Part shown: positions 54,401-62,419 of the stretch, one piece after another
Layout of the letters: each line of letters starts with the position of its first letter
Numbering within the stretch: the first letter of the stretch is position 1
NCBI RefSeq assembly: GCF_902713615.1
Contig: NC_052158.1
Coordinates: 18,844,546 to 18,908,545 of the forward strand
Direction of reading: 5' to 3'
Origin: Scyliorhinus canicula
Lineage: Eukaryota
DNA: 64,000 nucleotides
Translations under genes and position numbers: made by a program
The notes under the pieces: generated by a model
What the model was told of the DNA's origin: nothing
Seen by the model: only the letters and a program-made list of their open reading frames with translations
Database searches by the model: none

Positions 54401-57400
54401 TATTCTGAATACTACGAGCATTCAGGTAAAATACACTTATGTTGGCTTTTATACCTCTGTTTTGAATCTTAACACCTCGATCAGTAACCTCACCTAAGTT
54501 ATATTTCCTCTTAACTTTTCTCCTAATTTTCCTTGTCGTTGAACCCATATCTTCATGTAACAACCTGCCTTGTCGCTTTCCATTGATGTTTTTAGTTCCC
54601 GTTTTATTCCTTTTTGGGCCTATTCATTGAGCTTCCCTCAGTCACTGGACCTTGTACTATCACCCTTTTTGATTTTTGACTATGGCTCGTGTGCCTTACA
54701 CGTTCCCCTTTACTGCCTTTTGTTTCTGTCCCTGTTTTCCTACCTTCCGACTTCCTGCATTGGTTCCCATCCCCCTGCTACATTAGTTTAAACCCTCCCC
54801 AACAGCTCCAGCAACCCCCCCCCCCAGGACATCGGTTGCAGCCCTGCCCAGGTGCAGACCGTTCGGTTTGTACTGGTCCCACCTCCCCCAGAACTGGTCC
54901 CAATGTCCCAGGAATTTGAATCCCTCCCTCTTGCACCATCTCTCAAGCCACGCATTCATCTATCTATATACCGCTTTGGATACTGTTGAGGGAGATGGCT
55001 CACCAGGGGAAGGTAGCAGCAGCCATGGTGCCATGAACCTTGCTGCTGCTACCTTCCCCTGGTGAGCCATTTCCCTCAACAGTATCCAAAGCGGTATATG
55101 TGTTTTGCAGGGAGATGACCGCAGGGGACACCTGCACTGCCTTCCTACTCTTGCTCTGTCCTTTGGTCACCCATTTTCTATCTCCCTCAGTAACTTTTAC
55201 CTGCCGTGTGACCAACTCGCTAAAGGTGCTATCCACGACCTCCTCAGCATTGCGGATGCTCCAAAGTGAGTCCATCCGCAGCACCAGAGCCGTCAAGCGG
55301 TCTAACAGGAGCTGCAACTGGACATACTTCTTGCACGTGAAGGAGCCAGGGACAGTGGACGTGTCCCTGAGCTCCCACATTACACACGAGGAGCATGACA
55401 CGGGTCTGGGATCTCCTGCCATGTCTTAAAACTTTGGTTAACTTCAACAACTACAATTTCAAAAAAAACACAAGGAAAAAATAAATAAATATACCAATGA
55501 AAAGAAAAAAGAAAAACTACTTACCAATCACTTACCAAGAATAAAAAGCACCTCCTCCCAACCCAGTTTCGAATTCCCACCTAGCTTCAAATTCCCAAAT
55601 TCACTCTTAGCTGTGTCTCACTCTGGCTGTGTCTTCTCTGGCTAACTGGGAGAACTCACTGGGAGTGAGTTACAAGTTGCTCTTTTTGGGCAAACATTGG
55701 GCATACATTGGGCAAATCAAATTAGCCACCATGCCATAGAGGAGGAATTCCTGGAGTGTATACGGGATGGTTTTCTTGACCAATATGTGGAGGAACCAAC
55801 ATATAGAGCAGGCCATCTTAGACTGGGTACTGTGTAATGAGAAGGGAATTATTGCCAATCTGGCCGTACGAGACCCCTTGGGGATGAGCGACCATAACAT
55901 GACACAAAATTTTTATCAAGATGGAGAGTGAAGTAGTTGATTCGGAGACTAGGGTGCTGAATCATAATAAAGGGAACTATGAAGATATGTGAGTTGGCAT
56001 TGATAGATTGGGGAGAGTTACTTCAAGGGATGACAGTGGATAGACTGTGGCAAGCATCCAAGGAACGCATGGGGGAACTACAGCAACTGTTCATTCCTGT
56101 CTGGCACAAAAGCAAAGGGGGTAAGAGGGCCAAACCATTTCAAAGGAAATTAGAAATAGTATCCTATCCAAGGAAGAAGCATACAGATTGGCCAAGAAAA
56201 ATAATAGATCTGAGGATTGGGAGCAGTTTAGAGTTCAGCAAAGAAGGACAAAAGGATTAATTAAGAAGGAGAAAGTACAGTACGAAAGAAAGATTGCAGT
56301 GAACATAAAGACTGACACTAAGAGTTTCTACAGATATGTGGAGAAAGAGATTGGCAAAGAGAAATGTAGACCCTCTGCAGACAGAAACAGGGGGCTGCAT
56401 GATGAGCGACAAAGAAATGGCTGAGCAATTGAATACATACTTTGGTTCTGTCTTCACAAATTAGGACAAATCAGATCCCAGAAATGTTGGAGAAAGAAAG
56501 GTTTAGTGAGGGAAGAACTGAGGGAGATCAACATTAGTAGAGAAATGGTGCTGGGAAAGCTGATGGGATTGAAGGCAGATAAATCCCCAGGGCCTGATAA
56601 TCAGCATCCCAGAGTGCTTAAGGAGGTCTGGAAATAGTGGATGCATTGGTGGTCATCTTCCAGTATTCCATAGACTCTGGAACTGACCCTGCAGATTGGA
56701 GGGTTGCTCACGTCACTTCGCTATTCAAAAAGGGAGGTAGAGAGAAAGCAGGGAATTATAGACCAGTAAGCCTAACATCGGTAGTGGGGAAAATGCTTGA
56801 CTCCATTATCAAGGGCTTTATAGCGGAACATTTAGAAAGCAGTGGCAGGATCAGTCAGAGTCAGCATGGATTTATGAAGGGAAAATCATGCTTGACAAAT
56901 CTGTTGGAATTCTTTGAAGAGGTAACCAGTACAGTCAACAAGGGGGAGCCAGTCGATGTGGTATATTTGGACTTTCAAAAGGCATTTGACAAAGTCCGCA
57001 TAAGAGATTATTGTGCAAAATTAAAGTGCATGGGATTTGGAAAATGTATTGAGGTGGATAGAAAACTGGTTGGCAGAGAGGAAACAAAGAGTAGGGATTA
57101 ATGGGTGCTTTTCAAATTTGGCAGGCAGTAACCAGTGGGGTACCACAGGGATCGGTGCTGGGACCCCAGCTATTCAGAATATATATTAATGATTTGGATG
57201 AGGGAACAAAATGTAACATTTCAAAGTTTGCAGATGATACCAAATTAAGTGGGAGGGTGAATTGTGACGAGGATGCAGGGATCCTACAGCAAGATCTGGA
57301 CACATTGGGAGAGTGGGCAAACCAATAGCAGTGTAGTATAATTTGGATAATGTGAGGTTATTCATTTTGGAAGCAAAAACAGGAAGGCAGATTACTACCT

Positions 57401-60400
57401 GAATGGTTGTAAATTGGGAGAAGGGAGTGCGCAGCGGGACCTGGGTGTCGTTGTGTACCATTTGCTGAAGGTAAGCATGCAGGTGCAGCAGGCGGTAACG
57501 AGGGCTAATGGTGCCCTGATTAGGAAGTGGGTGGTCGGTTTGGGAGCGAATGGAGGCAGCTTCGTGTAGGGATACCAGTTTGGCGACGTTGGTAACGGCA
57601 CCTCTGCTGCTCCCGCCGGCGCGGTACTCCACTAGCCCTGTAATGGTGGCAGCCCTGAGGGTCTGGGGTCAGTGGAGGAGGCACGTGGGGGCAGTGGGTG
57701 CTTCGGTGTGGTCCCCAATCTATGACAATCACCGGTTTGCCCCGGGGAGTGTAGATGGGGGGTTCTGGGCATGGAGCAGGGTGGGGATTGAAAGGATGGG
57801 GGATCTGTTCATAGAAGCGAGCTCTCCGAGTATGAAGGCGCTCGAAGAGAAACTTGGGCTGGTAAGTGGGGAACAAGTTTATGTATTTGCAGGTGAGGGA
57901 CTTCTTGCGTAGGCAGGTACTATCCTTTCCATGCCTGCCACTGAGGGGGATCCAGGATAGGGTAGTGTCCAAAGGATGGGTGGGGGAGGGGAGGGTATCA
58001 GATATTTATAGAGAGCTTATGGGAGTGGAGGAGACGCAGACCGAGGAGCTGAAGCATAAGTGGGAGGAGGAGCTTGGAGGGGAAATAGAAGATGGCTGAT
58101 GGGCAGATGCATTAAGCAGGGTTAACGCAACCGCAACTTGTGCCAGGCTTAGCCTGATTCAATTCAAGGTTGTTCACCGGGCCCACATGGCAGTGGCATG
58201 GATGAGCAGACTCTTCGGGTTGGAGGACAGGTGTGCAAAATGTGCGGGAGGACCAGCGACCCATGTCCACATGTTTTGGGCATGTCCAAAACTTACGGGG
58301 TACTGGCAGTGATTTACGGATGATATGTCAAGGGTTTTGAAAACAAGGGTGGCCATGAGTCCAGAGTCGGTGATTTTTGGGGTTTCGGAGGACCCAGGAG
58401 TCCAAGACAGAGAAGCTGATGTTTTGGCCTTTGCTTCCCTGGTAGCATGGCGACGAATACTGCTGGCTTGGAGGGACTCAAAGCCACCTGGCTGTCAGAT
58501 ATGGTGAGCTTCCTTGGCCTAGAGAAGATTAAGTTCGCTTTGAGAGGGTCACTGTTAAGGTCCGCCCGGAGGTGGCAACTATTCATCGACTTCTTTGTGG
58601 AAAACTGAACGCCAGCAAGGGGGTGGGGGGGGGGAGGGGGGGGTGGGGAGAAGGTCTGGTTAGGTCAGATTAGAGTAGGGGGTTAAATAGACGGGTCCTT
58701 GTGGGTTGTGAGCCGGTTATTCCACTTTGGTTATTGTTTTTTCTGTACATTGTTCTATACTGTTGCTGTTTACTATGCCAAAAATACCTCATTAAAATTG
58801 TTTGTTAAAAAAAAAGGCTAATGGTTAGTTGGCCTTCATTGCAAGAGGTTGAGTATCGAAGCAGGGATGTGGTGCTGCAATTGTACAGTGCCTTGGTGAG
58901 GCCACACTTGGGAGTATTGTGTGCAGTTTTGGTCTCCTTCTCTGAGGAAGGATGTTCTTGCTCTTGAGGGAGTGCAGCGAAAGTTTACCAGACTGATTCC
59001 AGAGATATAGAACATAGAACAGTACAGCACAGAACAGGCCCTTCGGCCCTCGATGTTGTGCCGAACAATGATCACCCTACTCAAATCCACGTATCCACCC
59101 TATACCCGTAACCCAACAACTCCCCCCCCCCCCCTTAACCTTACTATTAGGACACTACGGGCAATTTAGCATGGCCAATCCACCTAACCCGCACATCTTT
59201 GGACTGTGGGAGGAAACCGGAGCACCCGGAGGAAACCCACGCACACACGGGGAGGACGTGCAGACTCCACACAGACAGTGACCCAGCCGGGAATCGAACC
59301 TGGGACCCTGGAGCTGTGAAGCATTGATGCTAACCACCATGCTACCATGCTGCCCATGGTCTGTCGGGTCTGGCGGGTCTGTCATACGAGGAGAGATTGA
59401 CTAGGTTAGGATTGTTCTCGCTGGAGTTCAGAAGAATGAGAAAGATCTCATAGAGGGGTAGCACAGTAGCATTTTGGATAGTACAATTGCTTCACAGCTC
59501 TAGGTTCCCAGGTTCGATTCCAGCTTGGGTCACTGTCTGTGTGGAGTCTGCACATCCTCCCCGTGTGTGCGTGGGTTTCCTCCGGGTGCTCCGGTTTCCT
59601 CCCACAGTCCAAGGATGTGCAGGTTAGGTGGATTGGCCATGATAAATTGCCCTTAGTGCCCAAATTTGTCCTTAGTGTTGGGTGGGGTTACTGGGTTGTG
59701 GGGATAGGGTGGCGGTGTTATCCTTGGGTAGGGTGCTCTTTCCAAGAGCCGGTGCAGACTCGATAGGCCGAATGGCCTCCTTCTGCACTGTAAATTCTAT
59801 GAGACTGATAAAATTCTAACAGGACTAGACAAGGTAAATGCAGGAAGATGTTACCAATGATGGGTGTCCAGAACCAGGGGTCACAGCCTGAGGTTTCAGG
59901 GTAAACCATTTCGGACAGAGATAAGGAGACACTTCTTCACACAAAGTGTGGTGAGCCTGTGGAATTCATTACCGCAGGAAGTAATTGATGCTAAAACTTT
60001 GAATATATTTAAGAGGCGGCTGGATATAGCACTTGGGAAGAATGGGATCAAAGGCTACGAGGAGAAAGCAGGTTTAGGCTATTGAGTTGGATGATCAGCC
60101 ACGATCGTGATGAATGGCGGAGCAGGCTCGAAGAGCTAAAAGGCCTCCTCCTGCTTCTATCTTCTATGCATCTTTGTAAACTAACTTTATTAACAGAATA
60201 TGGAGACAATTGCAAGGCCTCTGAGCCTGATAACATGTATATGTGCTATCTGACATGCGGCCCTGGGTAGCTGACCCCATGAAGGACACAGTGTGCAGTA
60301 TCTAATACTGAAGTCCACTACCACAATCACCCTAATATCAGGACAGAGACTTCCATACCAGGATATCATAGTGGTGGTCAGCAACCAAGGCACCATTCAA

Positions 60401-61717
60401 ATGTATTTGGCTGCAGTGCTGTAAGAGGCTGAATGCCCAAGCATTTTGTAGATGAGCCTGTAGAAAAGAGTGTCCTTGTAAAGTCTGGGATTTCCTGGTG
60501 TTTGGGCCTGATGCACAAAGCAGAATGTCCTCCCCCTGTCTGCGTGGGTTTTCTCCGGGCGCTCCATTTTCCTCCCACAGTCCAAAGATGTCCAGGTTAG
60601 ATGGATTGGCCACACAAAATTACCCTTTAGTGTCCAGGGATCTGCAGGTTAGGTTACAGGGTTATGGGGATAGGGTGGGCTGGACGGGGGAGTGGACATG
60701 GGTAGGTCGCTTTTTGGAGTCGATGCCCACTTGGATGGGCCGAATGGCCTCTTTCTGCACGTAGGGATCTATTTATGAATTAAGTAGACATGTTACCCCA
60801 TGGCATGACAAACGGGATTCTGAGGAGGCACCTTTCAGTTTATAAATATTGTTGTGAAGTGTCTGCCAAAAACGTATGGGCAGGCAAATAACTACATCTT
60901 CTTTCCACAGGACTCTCGCTATACTCCGACGACCTGCTCTGTATGTATCCGACGCGTTAGAGGGGATTGGCAAGATCATGAGGATTTTAGGGGAATTTGA
61001 CTGTTTTTTGGGGTACAAATTGAACATGGAGAAAAGTGAGATGTTTGTGATCCAGGCAAGGGGGCAGAGGAGACTGGGAGAGCTGCCATTCAGAGTGGTG
61101 GGAGGGAGCTTATTTAGGGATCCAGGTGGCACCAGACTGAGGGCTGTTACATAAACTAAACTTGACCCGGCTAGTGGAACAAATGAAAGACTTCCGAAGG
61201 GGGATATGCTCCCGTTATCACTGGCGGGGAGGGTACAGACAGTGAAAATGACCATTCTCCCGAGATTCCTGTTTGTTTTTCAGAGCCTTCCCTTCTTTAT
61301 CCCAAAGACCTTTTCCAAGCGGGTAAATAAGGTGATCTCCGGTTTTGTTTGGGCAGGTAAAACCCCACGAGTGAAGAAGGTGATGCTGGAGCGTGGCTGG
61401 GGAGAGGGTGGGCTGGCGCTGATTCCAAAATGTCGGCATTATCTCCAGACATTTAGTTTCGATTTCAGCATTATGTGCTTTTATACGAACGGTCACTCGA
61501 ATGACTTCTCCGCATCATTTCCCATCCTTACTCTCGCCACTGCAAACACTCCGGTTGAGGCTGTTCAATCCCCTCCCTCCCTCCCCCCCCCCCCCGGCTG
61601 AGGGACACCTGCCGCCCCGCCAGCCCCAATCAGTTCCTCACCTTCACCGAGGGCCCGGAGAGAGAGAAGTTGCAGGAGGAGGAAGGTCAGAACGGAGAGA
61701 ACGAACCGAGGCTCCAT
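155..61717 (-). CDS. Multi-exon gene for an Ig-superfamily 5-pass membrane protein (SP-IgV-IgV-IgC2-5TM-tail)
   Basis: Exons 61717-61642, 44718-44404, 34540-34235, 30860-30591, 22123-22013, 21079-20978, 10133-10008, 4652-4557, 2052-1915 and 501-155. All have canonical AG/GT boundaries, all introns are phase 1, and they splice into one uninterrupted ORF with a sensible domain order. Confidence 0.88.
1181..1500 (+). mobile_element. tRNA-derived SINE (HE1-like)
   Basis: Head GGCACAGTGG...GGTTCAATTCC (A/B boxes) and body GGGTTTCCTCCGGGTGCTCCGGTTTCCTCCCACAGTCC, repeated many times in the window. Confidence 0.85.
1530..1910 (+). mobile_element. CR1 LINE 3' fragment
   Basis: [18 protein letters not shown]...[34 protein letters not shown]-terminus, plus a CTTAT-type tail repeat. 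Confidence 0.88.
1915..2052 (-). CDS. Exon 9: TM5 (A)[45 protein letters not shown]
   Basis: Acceptor ctttcttggctgtaaAG, donor CAG|GTAATA, 138 nt, phase 1-1; KWKK stop-transfer after the helix; inside ORF 1835..2128. Confidence 0.85.
2330..2746. mobile_element. GC-rich MITE-like element with imperfect TIRs (probably Harbinger-derived)
   Basis: Starts gggccgggattctcc and ends ggagaattcctcccc; internal hairpin ctccgacc/ggtcggag. The same GGATTCTCC termini recur at about 3205, 10885, 33500 and 37150. Confidence 0.6.
3715..4070. repeat. Compound minisatellite: ~6 units of [37 protein letters not shown] + (GT)n + polyG
   Basis: The core ccttatctg recurs six times about every 60 bp, with variable (GT)n lengths. 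Confidence 0.9.
4293..4490 (+). mobile_element. tRNA-derived SINE (short HE1-like variant)
   Basis: GGCAGCACGGTGGCACAG...GGTTCGAATCCCGG; near-identical copies at 5240-5460(+), 10416-10640(+), 24490-24725(-) and 29960-30150(-). Confidence 0.85.
4557..4652 (-). CDS. Exon 8: TM4 (C)[31 protein letters not shown]
   Basis: Acceptor ttttatgtttttgccAG, donor G|GTGAGT, 96 nt, phase 1-1; inside ORF 4495..4749. Confidence 0.87.
6515..7575 (-). mobile_element. CR1 LINE 3' portion nested in the Harbinger element
   Basis: [51 protein letters not shown]; (GAACAAA)n tail at about 6520. Confidence 0.9.
7730..8720 (-). pseudogene. Harbinger (HARBI1-like, DDE_Tnp_4) transposase pseudogene
   Basis: Motifs across frames: [25 protein letters not shown]...[49 protein letters not shown], and [14 protein letters not shown]. 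Confidence 0.9.
10008..10133 (-). CDS. Exon 7: TM3 (G)[41 protein letters not shown]
   Basis: Acceptor ctttttgttctttcaacAG, donor T|GTAAGT, 126 nt, phase 1-1; Lys cluster after the helix (positive-inside). Confidence 0.88.
11230..12260 (+). mobile_element. L2/CR1-group LINE remnant (RT to 3' end), continued at 20745-20895
   Basis: Degenerate [14 protein letters not shown] (=GVPQGSILGPLLFLI). The 3' tail resumes after the minisatellite/L1 block and ends ...aaggtgctatataaat..gttgtt. Confidence 0.65.
12005..12185 (+). mobile_element. Second tRNA-derived SINE family
   Basis: GGGCTGTTTAGCACACTGGGCTAAATCGCTGG...GGTTCGATTCCC...GGAATGTGGCGACTAGGGGCTTTTCACAGTAACTTCATTG; inverted copy at about 21700-21905. 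Confidence 0.8.
12260..16878. repeat. Large C/T-rich minisatellite built on a ~21-bp core (CCCTCC[A/G]CCTCTCTATTACAC)
   Basis: Homogeneous sub-arrays: CCCTCCGCCTCTCTGTTCCAG x~17 (12476-12835), CCCTCCGCCTCTCTGGTACAG x~12 (13252-13510), ...ATTACGC units (13790-13990) and 27-bp units (15870-16100). Confidence 0.95.
16885..20345 (-). mobile_element. L1/Tx1-like LINE, internally deleted, inserted in the minisatellite
   Basis: ORF1 remnant ([13 protein letters not shown]...WTHRVL...[11 protein letters not shown]), ORF2 pieces ([36 protein letters not shown]) and an A-rich tail at about 16890. Confidence 0.9.
20352..20750. repeat. Continuation of the same 21-bp minisatellite
   Basis: ACACCTCCACCTCTCTATTAC tandem units. 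Confidence 0.95.
20978..21079 (-). CDS. Exon 6: TM2 (S)[33 protein letters not shown]
   Basis: Acceptor ttcgtttcttttccAG, donor G|GTATTA, 102 nt, phase 1-1; overlaps ORF 20877..21077. Confidence 0.85.
21300..21625 (-). mobile_element. HE1-like SINE in the short intron between the TM1 and TM2 exons
   Basis: Reverse complement of the SINE consensus; further copies at 26060-26220(-), 32740-32980(-), 37975-38280(+), 53880-54225(-), 59150-59355(-), 59455-59790(+) and 60530-60770(+). Confidence 0.85.
22013..22123 (-). CDS. Exon 5: TM1 (G)[36 protein letters not shown]
   Basis: Acceptor ctgttttctgttccAG, donor A|GTAAGA, 111 nt, phase 1-1; hydrophobic stretch followed by R/K. Not in the ORF track. 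Confidence 0.88.
22320..23965 (+). mobile_element. Degenerate CR1/L2-group LINE (RT region)
   Basis: [58 protein letters not shown]. Confidence 0.88.
27325..27581. mobile_element. Solo LTR with 5-bp TSD
   Basis: Begins TGTAATG and ends CATTACA; flanked by GCCTT (27320-27324 and 27582-27586); internal TATATAA; interrupts a CR1 fragment. Confidence 0.85.
27960..29710. repeat. Minisatellite of 43-bp units mixed with 28-bp units, inside a minus-strand CR1 fragment
   Basis: Unit CCAGCCCTCGGGCCAACAACGGGAACAGTCTCTCCCTCTCTAT; short unit CCAACGGGAACAGTCTCTCCCTCTCTAT. Confidence 0.95.
30591..30860 (-). CDS. Exon 4: IgC2 domain
   Basis: Strong pyrimidine tract then cccacAG, donor G|GTGAGT, 270 nt, phase 1-1. 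(E)PVPEPSI...LDC...VLWWKDG...DNRTMVI...[15 protein letters not shown] has the canonical C-W-C pattern and the SLAM/CEACAM-like YTCTVxNxVS ending. Confidence 0.93.
30960..33290 (+). mobile_element. Old L1/Tx1-like ORF2 fragments interrupted by SINEs
   Basis: [55 protein letters not shown]...[10 protein letters not shown]. Confidence 0.8.
34235..34540 (-). CDS. Exon 3: IgV domain 2 (CD2/SLAM/CEACAM-N type)
   Basis: 306 nt, phase 1-1, donor G|GTAAGT. (D)[19 protein letters not shown]...VKW...[32 protein letters not shown]...MIHLKVF lies inside ORF 34194..34940. The acceptor is somewhat uncertain (alternative at 34711). Confidence 0.9.
34730..34870. repeat. Polypurine tract with (GGAA)n microsatellite
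   Basis: GGAGGGTT-type repeats followed by tandem GGAA at about 34828-34870. Confidence 0.9.
35170..36400 (-). mobile_element. CR1 LINE 3' portion
   Basis: [24 protein letters not shown]...[28 protein letters not shown]; contains a local 38-bp tandem duplication (35712-35787). Confidence 0.9.
38343..39588 (+). mobile_element. Young 5'-truncated L1/Tx1-like insertion within an older L1
   Basis: Open 320-aa ORF2 C-terminus, poly(A) tail, and 14-bp TSD GGAAAGACGGTGGG (38329-38342 / 39589-39602). Confidence 0.92.
41170..41974 (+). mobile_element. Ty3/Gypsy 3' remnant: integrase C-terminus, PPT and LTR
   Basis: [37 protein letters not shown]; G-rich PPT-like tract before TGTTATAA (41717); AATAAA near 41923; ends ...TAAACA (41974). 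Confidence 0.75.
42130..43690 (+). mobile_element. Penelope-like (GIY-YIG) element remnant, interrupted by an L1 fragment
   Basis: [17 protein letters not shown] (cf. FTCTSSNLVYCI of Penelope GIY-YIG) and a degenerate [10 protein letters not shown] after the L1. Confidence 0.6.
42670..43538 (+). mobile_element. 5'-truncated L1/Tx1-like insertion
   Basis: ORF2 C-terminus ([16 protein letters not shown]...[10 protein letters not shown]), poly(A), and 17-bp TSD AGAACACCTTCGCTCAG (42653-42669 / 43539-43555). Confidence 0.92.
44404..44718 (-). CDS. Exon 2: IgV domain 1 (CD2/SLAM/CEACAM-N type, no B-F disulfide)
   Basis: Acceptor ttgttcttttAG, donor G|GTGAGT, 315 nt, phase 1-1. (D)[104 protein letters not shown] has the C-strand W and the SLxIxNLxxxDxGxY motif. 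Confidence 0.92.
46100..46260 (+). pseudogene. Myb/SANT-like fragment, probably from a Harbinger second ORF
   Basis: [10 protein letters not shown] followed by a frameshifted [11 protein letters not shown]. Confidence 0.45.
46586..46822. mobile_element. Possible truncated LTR
   Basis: Starts TGTGA, contains TATATAAA and AATAAA, and is cut by a CR1 tail; no TSD seen. Confidence 0.35.
48095..52519 (+). mobile_element. L1/Tx1-like LINE with most of ORF2 (APE endonuclease + RT), disrupted
   Basis: [71 protein letters not shown]; poly(A); 16-bp TSD GGCATGA[T/C]CTGCCCTT (48079-48094 / 52520-52535). Confidence 0.95.
54966..55099. repeat. 58-bp inverted repeat (1 mismatch, 18-nt loop)
   Basis: Arms 54966-55023 and 55042-55099 are reverse complements. 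Confidence 0.95.
55680..60165 (+). mobile_element. CR1 LINE ORF2 portion with nested L1 fragment and SINEs
   Basis: [58 protein letters not shown]; 3' end near 60160. Confidence 0.9.
57513..58815 (+). mobile_element. 5'-truncated L1/Tx1-like insertion inside CR1
   Basis: ORF2 C-terminal motifs, poly(A), and 10-bp TSD GGCTAATGGT (57503-57512 / 58816-58825). Confidence 0.9.
60930..61430 (+). mobile_element. L1/Tx1-like RT fragment about 210 bp into intron 1
   Basis: [41 protein letters not shown]. Confidence 0.85.
61642..61717 (-). CDS. Exon 1: signal peptide [25 protein letters not shown]
   Basis: ATG at 61717; charged N-region, Leu-rich h-region, small-residue c-region; donor GAAG|GTGAGG, phase 1; CpG-richer, non-repeat context. 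Not in the ORF track. Confidence 0.85.
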
Positions 61718-61719
61718 CG

Positions 61720-61960
61720 AACCGCAACTAATCGGGTGAAGCTGAAGTAAAAATTCACCGAGACACCCGGCAGCGTTTCACCGCAAACTCCAATTTGATA
61801 AACTACAAAATCCACTTGATAAACCCGGGAATCCCTTGAAGCAGAACAAACCCGCCCAAAAGTTAACAACACAACTCAGGACCAGGAAATGCTCAGACCA
61901 CACAGTCTTGGCGACCAACCAGAACTGAGTCAGAAGCTCAGCAACACGGAGGGAGGCATT
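61720..61960 (-). promoter_or_regulatory. Putative proximal promoter / 5'UTR of the Ig-5TM gene
   Basis: Non-repeat, CpG-containing sequence just upstream of the ATG with GGGAATCCC (61827-61835), CCCGCCC (61851-61857), CAGGAAAT (61883-61890), ACCACA (61897-61902) and TGAGTCA (61926-61932). Confidence 0.5.
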
Positions 61961-62199
61961 ACAGTAATCTGTGAACTCAAGTTGTTTCAATCCAGCATGT
62001 CAGGAAAGCGGAGGTAGTTTTAACTGATCTATATTTGTATTGTTAAATGTTGTAGATTTAAGTGAATTTAATTTAGTTCCTTGTGTTAGAAAGAGTATAC
62101 GACTAAAGTTAGATTCATGTTAAACAAAGGTATTTCACGTGGAGCTTTTGGTTGAGTTCGACCTGTGTTTCTACTGTGTCCAGAGAGTTTACAATAATA

Positions 62200-62410
62200 A
62201 TCTTTAGTGTCACAAGTAGGTTTACATTAACGCTTCAATGAAGTTACTGTGAAAAGCCCCTAGTGGCCACATTCCCACGCCTGTTCGGGTTCACAGAGGG
62301 AGAATTCAGAATGTCCAATTCACTGAACAACGTGTCTTTCGGGACTTGTGGGAGGAAACCGGAGCACCCGGGGGAAACCCACACAGACACGGGGAGAACG
62401 TGCAGACTCC
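62200..62410 (-). mobile_element. Chimeric SINE (HE1-like body + second-family tail)
   Basis: Same structure at 30150-30420(-) and 31240-31510(+). Confidence 0.7.
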
Positions 62411-62419
62411 ATCCGTGGT

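Larger units (their letters stand above)
46822..55660 (-). mobile_element. Long, internally deleted CR1 LINE (ORF1 to 3' tail) with nested L1 and SINE
   Basis: Tail at about 46825; RT motifs ([28 protein letters not shown]); endonuclease start ([14 protein letters not shown]); ORF1 ([13 protein letters not shown]...[14 protein letters not shown]); 5' UTR near 55500-55660. Confidence 0.85.

Noticed and set aside
52520-60165. Head-to-head CR1 pieces as a single twin-primed inversion
   Set aside because: Each has its own 3' end (about 46825 and about 60160) and the overlapping endonuclease segments are diverged, so they are two independent insertions.
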